The notes under the pieces: generated by a model
Told to the model about the DNA's origin: nothing
Databases searched by the model: none
Seen by the model: the letters and a program-made list of their open reading frames with translations, nothing else
Shown: positions 45,020 to 53,882 of the stretch, piece by piece
How the letters are laid out: each line of letters starts with the position of its first letter
Position numbering within the stretch: position 1 is the stretch's first letter
Program-made: the position numbers and the translations under genes
Source of the DNA: an uncultured Clostridia bacterium
GTDB lineage: Bacteria > Bacillota > Clostridia > TANB77 > CAG-508
Assembly (NCBI GenBank): GCA_948934525.1
Contig: CAQZSK010000001.1
Span: forward strand, 222,574 to 286,573
DNA length: 64,000 bases
Direction: 5' to 3'

Positions 45020-46587
45020 AACAGGAAAAAATTGATGAACTAATGCTTAAAATAGATAAAAAGTGCAAACTTCCAAAATATTGGGAACAATTTATTAAAG
45101 AAAATTTTAAAAGTCATCATCTTATCATAAAAGATAAGGAAAAGAAAAAACTTTATTGCTCTAATTGCAATAGATATTTTGCTGATAAAACAGTAAAAGT
45201 TCGTGATTATGTGGAATGTCCTCATTGTCATAAGATGTCATGTGTGTATGGAATAAATTATTATAGAAAATCCTTTGAACAATCTGTCGTATTAGTTCAA
45301 AGAGTAGACAAACAAATTGTTATAAGAATATTTGAAATATATTCTTATTTTAAAGAAGGAAAAAAGAGAATAAAAAGAAGTTGTATAGAGTACGCAAGGA
45401 TCCTTCCTGGTATTGGTAGATTTATTGGTAATAATGTTTGGATCAATATGTTTGGAGTTTTAAATGTATATCATGGCTATAAAAAACTTAGTTGGACTGC
45501 ATATAAAGGACATAAATTTTTGACAGACCATCCTACATATCCATACGACAAAAAAAGACTTGTAAAAGGTACAATTATGGAATATGCACCTATTAGCGAA
45601 TTTATGGATAGATTTTCATACTATCGTTACAACTATTTGGATGTATTAGAACTTGCTGCCTATGGAAGTTTTGAATTGCTATGGAATATGAAATTATATA
45701 ACTTGTGTTTTTATTCTAAAGCATTAAATAAAAAAGGTAGCTTTTTAAAAAGATTTGGCGTACCTAAGAGTTTTTTAAAATTTATGCAAGATAATGATAT
45801 TTCTTATAAGGAACTAATGTTATTGCAGTTATTTCAAAAAGATGATAAAAAACTATTTCAAAAATACCGCTATACTAATATCAATTATTTGAGATTCTTT
45901 ATTAAAAATAATGTACTAGACGATTTCTTAAACTCTGGTATAGAGCTTAATTATACCAATATGCACCTTATAAAAGATATTAGTAAATATGTATCTTTAA
46001 AGAAATTGATGCAATATAAAAAGGGCTTGCAAAACCTAAATATCTATAAGGACTATTTAGAGATGGCGAAAAAGCTTAGTTATAATTACAAGTCAAAAAA
46101 AGATTTATTTCCACGCAATTTAATTGCTAGACACGATAAAATGCAAACTAAAATAAAAATCGAAGAAGATATGAATACACAATTTAAAGCATATCTAAGA
46201 TATTTAGAACTATCGAAATACACTTATTCAGATGATAAGTACATTATTTTCCCTGCTCCTAGTATTGATAGTATGAAAGATGAAGGAAAACAACAAGGTA
46301 ATTGTGTCGGTTATATGTATCTTGAGCCTTATATCAACGGAGAAACAGAAATATTTTTTGCCAGAAAATTGAAAGATGTTACAAAGTCATTTATAACACT
46401 TGAATACAAAAATAACCGTGTTGTTCAGAAAGAATTGCCACATTATGATAGAAATTTTACAGCTGAGCAAAATGCTTTTATAGACAACTGGATAAACTTT
46501 AGGCAATTTATAGATAAAAAAGAAATATATAAAATTAGAGATAACTTAAAAGTTGTGCAATATGATTTGAAGAAAATAGTCGCATAG
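45016..46587 (+). CDS. PcfJ-like protein
   Basis: 523 aa with an N-terminal CxxC...CPHC ribbon. The C-terminal MKDEGKQQGNCVGYMYLEPYINGETEIFFARK resembles the PcfJ core. Confidence 0.55.
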   Translation: MKQEKIDELMLKIDKKCKLPKYWEQFIKENFKSHHLIIKDKEKKKLYCSNCNRYFADKTVKVRDYVECPHCHKMSCVYGINYYRKSFEQSVVLVQRVDKQIVIRIFEIYSYFKEGKKRIKRSCIEYARILPGIGRFIGNNVWINMFGVLNVYHGYKKLSWTAYKGHKFLTDHPTYPYDKKRLVKGTIMEYAPISEFMDRFSYYRYNYLDVLELAAYGSFELLWNMKLYNLCFYSKALNKKGSFLKRFGVPKSFLKFMQDNDISYKELMLLQLFQKDDKKLFQKYRYTNINYLRFFIKNNVLDDFLNSGIELNYTNMHLIKDISKYVSLKKLMQYKKGLQNLNIYKDYLEMAKKLSYNYKSKKDLFPRNLIARHDKMQTKIKIEEDMNTQFKAYLRYLELSKYTYSDDKYIIFPAPSIDSMKDEGKQQGNCVGYMYLEPYINGETEIFFARKLKDVTKSFITLEYKNNRVVQKELPHYDRNFTAEQNAFIDNWINFRQFIDKKEIYKIRDNLKVVQYDLKKIVA

Positions 46588-46596
46588 GAGGAATAA

Positions 46597-47475
46597 TTGA
46601 TGAAACAAAAATCTGATACTAACAAGAAAAATAAAACAAAGGAAATGTATGACAAACTCGTTAAAGGGGTTACTCATATCATTAGCTCTGGAAAATACAC
46701 AGAATTTTTAGCATTTTCTAAATCTTTTCACCATTATAGTTTTAATAATCTTGTACTTATTTATTCTCAAATGCCAAATGCTACTAGGGTGGCAGGATTT
46801 AAAACTTGGGAAAAACTAGGTAGAAAACTAAAAAAAGGTGAAAAAGGGATACAAATTTTTTTCCCTTTGAAAAGAACTTATATTAAAAATAAAATCGCTG
46901 GTCAGGCTAGCTTAATTGATGATACAAAAGTTGAAGATACTCAGGAAATTATTGAATATCTTACATATAGACCCACTTATGTCTTTGATATTTCACAAAC
47001 CGTAGGAAAGCCTATTCCTGAAGCTTCATTATGTGAAAAACTCAACAGTAATAATATGAATGAATTTTTTGACTTTTTATTATCTTTCTCACCATATCCT
47101 ATTTTAGAGCAAAGTCTACGTGGCTCTTTATATGGATATTGGAATCCAAAAGAAAAACATATTGCACTTAATCAAAAATTATCTATTGACGATAAAGTTT
47201 CTACTCTACTACATGAATTGACACACGCCTTATATGATGATTTCGATTATCAAAATGATAAAAAATTGTCAGAAACCTTTGTTGAATCTGTCGCTTTTAT
47301 AGTGGCTGATTTTTTTGGTTTAGATACTTCGAGATGTAGTTTTGGCTATATTGCTGCATATGCAAGTGATGTTAAAGTTATTTTAGAGTTAGGCGATAAA
47401 ATTCAAAAAACTGCAAATCAATTTATTAAACAAATTAAAGAATATCAAGAACAAGGTTTAAAAATTATTGCTTAA
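46597..47475 (+). CDS. ArdC-like antirestriction protein (ssDNA-binding N-domain plus HExxH metalloprotease)
   Basis: YSFNNLVLIYSQMPNATRVAGFKTWEKLGRKLKKGEKGIQIFFP (DUF1738/ArdC-N) and LLHELTHALYDD. Confidence 0.75.
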   Translation: MMKQKSDTNKKNKTKEMYDKLVKGVTHIISSGKYTEFLAFSKSFHHYSFNNLVLIYSQMPNATRVAGFKTWEKLGRKLKKGEKGIQIFFPLKRTYIKNKIAGQASLIDDTKVEDTQEIIEYLTYRPTYVFDISQTVGKPIPEASLCEKLNSNNMNEFFDFLLSFSPYPILEQSLRGSLYGYWNPKEKHIALNQKLSIDDKVSTLLHELTHALYDDFDYQNDKKLSETFVESVAFIVADFFGLDTSRCSFGYIAAYASDVKVILELGDKIQKTANQFIKQIKEYQEQGLKIIA

Positions 47476-47546
47476 AATGAATTTAAAAAACAGATACAAC
47501 ATATTAGAACTATATTTGAAATTTAGAAAATAGGAGGTAAATAAAA

Positions 47547-47762
47547 ATGAGAAGAAAAAATAGAAAGGTCTCTGAATTAGAAAATATATTACGTAAGTAC
47601 TTTAACTTTCAAGTCAGTACTCCTGAAAATTATATCATTCAAAGAGATAAGGCATATGACACAATGATAAATTTTATCTGCGATTTATCTGAAACTGGTA
47701 TTGATGGAATTGACGAAGGAGAGCTCATAGATGAGCTAAATAAAATTATCGGAAGAGATTAG
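47547..47762 (+). CDS. hypothetical small acidic protein
   Basis: 71-aa ORF with an AGGAGG SD. Confidence 0.4.
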   Translation: MRRKNRKVSELENILRKYFNFQVSTPENYIIQRDKAYDTMINFICDLSETGIDGIDEGELIDELNKIIGRD

Positions 47763-47798
47763 TTTTTCAAGAATGTAAAATAAGAAAGGAGATTTTTA

Positions 47799-48822
47799 AT
47801 GAATTCATTAGACTTTCAAGAGGTATCTAAACATATTAGCATTGCTAATGTCGCTTACCATTTGTGCCTAGAAATTACTGAAACAAGGGCTGATGAAATA
47901 AAGGCTATTTGTCCTTTTTGTCGGCTACAATAAGAATTCCAAAATTGCTACTTTAAGTCTTAATGTTAGCAATAACAAATATTGTTGCAGCAGATGTGGA
48001 GCAGGTGGATATTCTATTGGCCTTTATGCTAAAGTTAAAAGTATTGATACGAAAAAAGCATATCGCGAACTATTAGATAGAGAATGTTTTTCTATAAATA
48101 GTTCACCTATCACTATTAGTCCAATAAATGAGCTTGCGGACATTGAAACAAGAGATAAAGTTTATAGGGCATTTCTGAGTATGTTAAAATTAGAGAAACA
48201 ACATCAAAACTATCTACGAAGGTTAGGATTTTTAGATTCTACAATAAATGAACAATTGTATCGCTCACTACCCACTTCTAAAACAACCAGATATATAAAA
48301 AGGCGATTAATTGCTAACAAGTTAAAAAATATGTATGATTTATTAGGTATTCCGGGTTTTTATCAAGAGGAAGATTGGATATGGACTTTTGCTAGTGGTG
48401 AAGGCTTCTTCGTTCCACTATTTGACGAAAATAACAAAATTCAAGCATTATCTATTCATTTGGATAAAGAATTTAATGGTACAAGCGATTTATGGTTTTC
48501 AAGTGCTGGAAAAATCAATGGAACAGGTACTAAAAACTGGATTAGTAAAAATAATATCAGAGAAGATACTAAAACTGTCGTAATAACTGACAGCTTATTA
48601 TTAGGTAATTTTATGAAAGCAACACTTAATATTCCTGTTATTAGCTTTTCTAGCATTGCTAATTCATATCAAATTTTAAAGTCAATTGATGGAACAAATA
48701 TACAGAATATTATTTTTACCATAAGACCTGGAGCAAATCAGAATTTAGATTATATTATTAGACGAATTTTTAGAGATTTGTTACCTTTGCGGATACAATT
48801 TAGAAGTAAAATCAGTAAATAA
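47799..48822 (+). pseudogene. CHC2 zinc-finger primase-like protein, frameshifted
   Basis: ATG 47799 ...AICPFC then a premature TAA (47931). Deleting C 47922 gives CPFCGYNKNSKIATLSLNVSNNKYCCSRCGAGGYSIGLYAK, continuous with ORF 48181-48822. Confidence 0.55.
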
Positions 48823-48933
48823 TTTTCAAGATGTTTTAAAAGATGATTTCTTGACTTTTTATGCAGTAAAAAAGACTGCATAGCACTATAAAATTATAAT
48901 AGACTAGCCTTGTATAAAGGTTAGTCTATTTTT

Positions 48934-49074
48934 TTATTTTTTATATTCCATTATTTCATTCAAGTTACAGTCTAAGGCATAACAAATTCTTGCTAATAAA
49001 TCTAAATCAGTTCTTTGTATGTCATTATCCACATAACTTTTTCGCTCTAAAACTCTTCTTTCCAAATTGTCCAC
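48934..49074 (-). CDS. possible 46-aa Cro-like HTH remnant
   Basis: GTG start without a clear SD. ...RTDLDLLARICYALDCNLNEIMEY resembles the C-terminal helices of XRE HTH domains. Divergent from the abrB-like gene. Confidence 0.25.
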   Translation of the reverse strand: MDNLERRVLERKSYVDNDIQRTDLDLLARICYALDCNLNEIMEYKK

Positions 49075-49172
49075 CTTTTATTTATCTTAGCACATAGTTA
49101 CGGTCTTGACATTTCCCAAATTAACCGTTACTATATATGTGTATTTTGGAAAAAAATGGGAGGTGATTTCAA

Positions 49173-49445
49173 ATGAAGAATAGTGGAATAACAAGACATG
49201 TAGACGAATTAGGTAGAATTGTAATTCCAATCGAATTAAGAAACAAATTTGGCATTTCTGAAAAGGACCCAATGGAAGTATTCGTAGATGGCTCTACCAT
49301 TGTACTAAAGAAATTTGAACCTAATTGTATCTTTTGTGGAAATTCTAGGAAATTGTCTGAATATAAAGATAAGTTAATTTGTCAAAAGTGCCTACAACAA
49401 ATTAAAGCAATTCAAGATTCAGAAATTACAGAAGAAAATAGATAA
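49173..49445 (+). CDS. AbrB/SpoVT-family (swapped-hairpin) DNA-binding protein with C-terminal Cys4 ribbon
   Basis: GITRHVDELGRIVIPIELRNKFGISEKDPMEVFVDGSTIVLKK, plus CIFCG...CQKC. Confidence 0.8.
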   Translation: MKNSGITRHVDELGRIVIPIELRNKFGISEKDPMEVFVDGSTIVLKKFEPNCIFCGNSRKLSEYKDKLICQKCLQQIKAIQDSEITEENR

Positions 49446-49631
49446 GATATATTCCTCACAATACTATCTTATCTATTAGCAAATTTGCATTGTATATCTT
49501 TTTATGATATATAATAAGAAGCTAGTTCTAAAAATAATCTAGTGCCAATAAGATTATCTTTATTCTTTATATACCCCTCTGAACTAGCAAATATCCTAAG
49601 AGGAGCAAGGCAAATGCTCCTTTTAGATTCT

Positions 49632-49928
49632 TTATTCTATAAGATTTTTTAGTTCTTCACTGTTAATATTTAAAACCTTGCATAAGGCAATCAATTCAAA
49701 ATCTTTAACAATCATTCTTCCAGTTTCTATACGGTTTAATTCCGTTCTGTTTAGGTCAACTGCGTGTAATTGTAACTTTCTACATACTTCATCTTTAGAT
49801 AAACCTAAATTTGTTCTATATTCATTTATTAAATTGCCTATTACATTTGACTTTCCCTCATATTTCTTCAAAAAACTTACCATCCATTTTTTTATTAATT
49901 TTATACTAAATTTCATACTATATAGCAT
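49632..49928 (-). CDS. XRE-family HTH regulator
   Basis: IGNLINEYRTNLGLSKDEVCRKLQLHAVDLNRTELNRIETG. Confidence 0.7.
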   Translation of the reverse strand: MLYSMKFSIKLIKKWMVSFLKKYEGKSNVIGNLINEYRTNLGLSKDEVCRKLQLHAVDLNRTELNRIETGRMIVKDFELIALCKVLNINSEELKNLIE

Positions 49929-50050
49929 TACAGACTAGCGGTACTGATATTAGGATGTGTATTTTTTTGAATTTTATTCTTAATATCTATAAGAAAATTA
50001 TATAATAATAGGGTGTTAATTTTCATAACTTCCTATTATTGCTTATTAGA

Positions 50051-50710
50051 TTATTTTAATTCTGTTACATTTGTGTCAAATGTTTTAGTATCTAAATTAT
50101 ACATTTTATTATCGTCTGAGACTTCTCTCATACCATATCCATTACAAAGTACAAAATAGTAATCTTTCTCTTTATCATAGGACAAGAAAATTACACTTTC
50201 TTTGATGTCATCAACTTCTACTTGACTATCTTCTACTACGTACTCTATGGTTTTACTTTCTAATTGTTGTGTTGATAGATTAGATATTCCTTTCTTAATA
50301 AGTTGCTCTTCTGTTTGCTTGCTTATATAATCTTTAAGTGGTACTACTCCCCCATAATAATTAATGTTAATACTTTTTGATTGATAATCTCCTTTTAAAA
50401 TCTCTGATATTTCAAATTGAGCTTCAGTTATTATAGATGCATATTCATCTACATAGCATTCGATATCTTTTATATATTTACCAACAATAACTAAATCAGC
50501 AATTTCATATAGATCTTCTGGTTTTGTAGCAATATAATCATTATGACTAACAATTTGATAATCTGCTTTATTTTTTATATTATTATTTTTTCCAACCTCT
50601 AGTGTTTCTAATATTTCACTAGAAGAATCTCTGCTTGTAAAGTAATGTATAATAGATACTCCACTAGCTATTAATATCAATATTACAAATACAATAAGTA
50701 TTTTTTTCAT
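50051..50710 (-). CDS. signal-anchored extracytoplasmic protein, unknown function
   Basis: MKKILIVFVILILIASGVSII anchor. Located 13 nt downstream of the metalloprotease gene. Confidence 0.5.
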   Translation of the reverse strand: MKKILIVFVILILIASGVSIIHYFTSRDSSSEILETLEVGKNNNIKNKADYQIVSHNDYIATKPEDLYEIADLVIVGKYIKDIECYVDEYASIITEAQFEISEILKGDYQSKSININYYGGVVPLKDYISKQTEEQLIKKGISNLSTQQLESKTIEYVVEDSQVEVDDIKESVIFLSYDKEKDYYFVLCNGYGMREVSDDNKMYNLDTKTFDTNVTELK

Positions 50711-50723
50711 ATAAATTCCTCCT

Positions 50724-51398
50724 TTAAGGATGTTTTTTATTAAATGCTGTTTGATCTACTTGTTGAACTTTATATACTGCTCTACCGGAACCCATTTGGC
50801 ACATAATACTATTTGGATTAGTATTATTGTGTTTTAATCCAAAAGCATGTCCAAATTCATGTGCTATTACGCCTTGTCTAATTGTACTAGAATATCTATC
50901 CATATAATTTGTATTTAAGCGGATATCATTAAATAGCCAGTCGGAAACATCTCCATCTGCTATCTCAGAAACAGTACCACTATGTCCATTTGATCTTTTG
51001 TAAAAAAGAGTAATACCATTAATTCCGTCCTGAGCATAATATGTATAGAAGTCACAAGCGCTATCAATAATATTATCTGTTTTAGTATTAGGATATAAAT
51101 TATTCCACCCATAACCTGTATATACCCAATTATTAGCAGCATTTGCAATTTCAGTAGCATACTTAGTTCCAGAAGAATGTAAATAGTAATAATACTTGTC
51201 TATGCTCCATATCAAATTATATTTAAATGCTGGTGTTGCTGTTGCTGCATAGGTTCTGTTAAATATAAAACTAGCTCCAATAATTAAAAATAAAATAAGT
51301 ATAATTTTTAAAGTTTTATTTTTCATAAAAAGCTCCTTTCTGTTTCTAATAATTTTTATTAATACTATCCTCCTTCCTTTTATGATATTTTTTGCCAT
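50724..51398 (-). CDS. secreted zinc metalloprotease (matrixin/snapalysin-like HEFGHxxGLxHN)
   Basis: VIAHEFGHAFGLKHN plus a Met-turn-like SIMCQM. Signal peptide MKNKTLKIILILFLIIGASFIFNRTYA. The likely start is ATG 51326 (AAGGAG upstream). Confidence 0.7.
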   Translation of the reverse strand: MAKNIIKGRRIVLIKIIRNRKELFMKNKTLKIILILFLIIGASFIFNRTYAATATPAFKYNLIWSIDKYYYYLHSSGTKYATEIANAANNWVYTGYGWNNLYPNTKTDNIIDSACDFYTYYAQDGINGITLFYKRSNGHSGTVSEIADGDVSDWLFNDIRLNTNYMDRYSSTIRQGVIAHEFGHAFGLKHNNTNPNSIMCQMGSGRAVYKVQQVDQTAFNKKHP

Positions 51399-51523
51399 TC
51401 TCTCTTGTATACTATATTAGATATTTAATAATAAAAATATATTTCATAGTTTAACATTTCTGTATTCCAATACGGTTAAAATCTGCATTGCACAACAGTA
51501 TAATATAAAAAAAGTTATAATGT

Positions 51524-51874
51524 GTGGTGGATTTTATGATAGCATTTGATAAGTTTGATAAGAAGGAAGAAATTGTTAGAACAACTATTGAAATAGAAGA
51601 TAATTTGTACGATGAACTAATCATATTATCTCAAAATATTTATGATGCTTCAGTGAACAAATTGATTGATGCATCAATTGAACATCTTGCTAAAACGGAA
51701 AATATACAACTATATCAAGATACTGTTTCTACAAAACATTCTCTCAATATAAGAGAGTCTGTGTTTAATAGATTATTAAATTTAAAAACAAAATTTGGAA
51801 TTCCACTATATAGATTAGTGAATATGGCCATTAGAAATGCCATTAATGAGTATAAAAATAAAGATAAGCAATAA
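51524..51874 (+). CDS. tandem RHH-like small regulator, paralog A
   Basis: IEIEDNLYDELIILSQNIYDASVNKLIDASIEHL and FGIPLYRLVNMAIRNAINEY align with the corresponding blocks of 52909-53238. Confidence 0.45.
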   Translation: MVDFMIAFDKFDKKEEIVRTTIEIEDNLYDELIILSQNIYDASVNKLIDASIEHLAKTENIQLYQDTVSTKHSLNIRESVFNRLLNLKTKFGIPLYRLVNMAIRNAINEYKNKDKQ

Positions 51875-51932
51875 AAAGCTTACCTTTATATATAACAATT
51901 CAATTTCCTTATATATTTATTATATAAGGAAA

Positions 51933-52280
51933 TTATTTTATCATTCCGATAATTAATCCATCTCGAAGCGCTAATGCACTTGCTAAACATATATCATATT
52001 CATTTTGTGTATTAAGTTGGTGTTCATATTCTTTGAGAAGTTCTCTTATTTCTGTATTTTCTATTTCTTCTATTTTTTCGGAAAGTTTAGAAATCTTTTG
52101 ATTACATTTTGCATATTTTTCTATTTTTAATAAATCATCTTGGTATTCTTCTAATCTATTACAAAATATTTCTCTGTTATTATCCTCTAATGCCAATTCT
52201 AATATATAATTGTAGTCTTTATTTTCTAATTCTTCTTTAAAGTAAATAATATTATTTGCTTTATCTTTTTCATTTTTCAT
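51933..52280 (-). CDS. hypothetical coiled-coil protein
   Basis: 115 aa, Glu/Lys-rich. Located 4 nt downstream of 52285-52728. Confidence 0.4.
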   Translation of the reverse strand: MKNEKDKANNIIYFKEELENKDYNYILELALEDNNREIFCNRLEEYQDDLLKIEKYAKCNQKISKLSEKIEEIENTEIRELLKEYEHQLNTQNEYDICLASALALRDGLIIGMIK

Positions 52281-52284
52281 CGAT

Positions 52285-52728
52285 TCATTCTCCCTTATTA
52301 TTCATATTATTATTTTTCTCTGCAATAAAAACAGTAATAAATTTTTTAAAATTTTCTACTGATTTAACACTACTTAGCACATAGTTACCACTAATTCGAT
52401 ACAATATTATTAATCCTTTTATGCTGTTATTAATAACTATTGGAAGAAACATTTGGCAAGCATAATTAATCTTGCTATTCTCTAAGAATTGAATACAATC
52501 ATTTTTATTGAGTATGATAAAAAGAGATTCATAGTTAGAATGAATTTTCCACTTTTCTATAAGTCTTTTAGCTTCATTACTTAATAAGCAATCGTCTACT
52601 TGAAACTTGCTATCAGTATCTATGAATTCAGCGTATTTTACCTTTTCTAAATCGGTAATAATAACATTTGATTTAGATATTGTAATTGAATCTTTTATAT
52701 ATTTCTTTAGTTGACTAGAAATTTGCAT
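52285..52728 (-). CDS. hypothetical protein (possibly GAF/SpoVT-C-like fold)
   Basis: 147 aa. ...NVIITDLEKV...FLPIVINNSIKGLIILYRISGN is weakly reminiscent of the SpoVT C-terminal domain. Confidence 0.35.
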   Translation of the reverse strand: MQISSQLKKYIKDSITISKSNVIITDLEKVKYAEFIDTDSKFQVDDCLLSNEAKRLIEKWKIHSNYESLFIILNKNDCIQFLENSKINYACQMFLPIVINNSIKGLIILYRISGNYVLSSVKSVENFKKFITVFIAEKNNNMNNKGE

Positions 52729-52908
52729 AATATCCTCCTTTCTTCAAATAATAACTATTATGTATCTATTTCAAAATGTCTCAAAAGTATTATATAATTT
52801 TTTTGCACATTAGTCTATATTTTACATTGTACTTTTGAATTGATTTCCCTAGTATTGTTGAATGATAAAAAGCATTATAATTATCTATATTTCTAGGAGG
52901 AAAGAATA

Positions 52909-53238
52909 TTGATAAGGGATAAATTATATTCAAAGGATAATTATATTATTGAAAAGTCTGTAAATGTTGACGATAGTTTATATAGTGAAATTAAAAGATT
53001 GTCTTTAGAAAAATATTCGGCAGGCATAAGTGAAATTGTAAATGTTGCAATAGAAGAATATATTGAACGAAACACACCAAACTTTTATGGAAAAAAGAAA
53101 TTTGAAACTGTAACATATAGAACATTAGCTTTGCGTAAAAAGAACATTGATAAATTAAATGAATATCATGATAATACAGGAATTTCTTTTACTAGGCTTT
53201 TGAATTCAGCAATTAAAGAATTTCTTGATAACATTTAG
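52909..53238 (+). CDS. tandem RHH-like small regulator, paralog B
   Basis: VNVDDSLYSEIKRLSLEKYSAGISEIVNVAIEEY and TGISFTRLLNSAIKEFLDNI. TTG start with an AGGAGG SD. Confidence 0.45.
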   Translation: MIRDKLYSKDNYIIEKSVNVDDSLYSEIKRLSLEKYSAGISEIVNVAIEEYIERNTPNFYGKKKFETVTYRTLALRKKNIDKLNEYHDNTGISFTRLLNSAIKEFLDNI

Positions 53239-53372
53239 AATAATAAATAAAAAGCAGATACTTTTTTGATTTAGTTCAAAGTGCATCTGCTTTTTTTAGA
53301 TTAGTAAACAAAAAATAATAAATATATGAATCCATTACTTTTTATATAAAATACCATAAATATATTAGAAAA

Positions 53373-53882
53373 TCAAGCATTTTCTTCATCTTCTGTTTCT
53401 TCATTATTTAAAACTTCCAATTTAGGATATGAGGTATATAAAAATGGTATATCACAGCTAATGCTGTTCATATCTTCTGCATTAGGAAAGGCTAGAATTA
53501 GCTTATCGGCTTGCGGTATTGCAATAGGGTATGAATTTACTAATTTTACAATACTATTTCTATTTTCATTTTCTGCTACAATAATATTATATAGCAGATT
53601 TTCAGTAGTTAAAAAACTAATTGATACTGGATTATAACCTTTGTAATACCTTAATAATCTTTTCTGCTTTTTATATTTGCATAAAATGTCTAGTGCAATC
53701 AACATAGTATTATCAATTTTCTTTGTATTATGAACAAAAATATCGTCTTTTTTACTTACTGCATCCCCCATTAAAATACTTTTAAAGTTGTCTTTCTCAC
53801 TTTCAAATAATATTTGTAGTTGCTCTAGTTTAGCACAGCCAAAATCTTGCAAAAAGTTGGTTACTTTTTCTTTATCTACCAT
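53373..53882 (-). CDS. hypothetical protein with acidic C-terminal tail
   Basis: 169 aa. Overlaps the S1-domain gene by 11 nt. Confidence 0.45.
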   Translation of the reverse strand: MVDKEKVTNFLQDFGCAKLEQLQILFESEKDNFKSILMGDAVSKKDDIFVHNTKKIDNTMLIALDILCKYKKQKRLLRYYKGYNPVSISFLTTENLLYNIIVAENENRNSIVKLVNSYPIAIPQADKLILAFPNAEDMNSISCDIPFLYTSYPKLEVLNNEETEDEENA

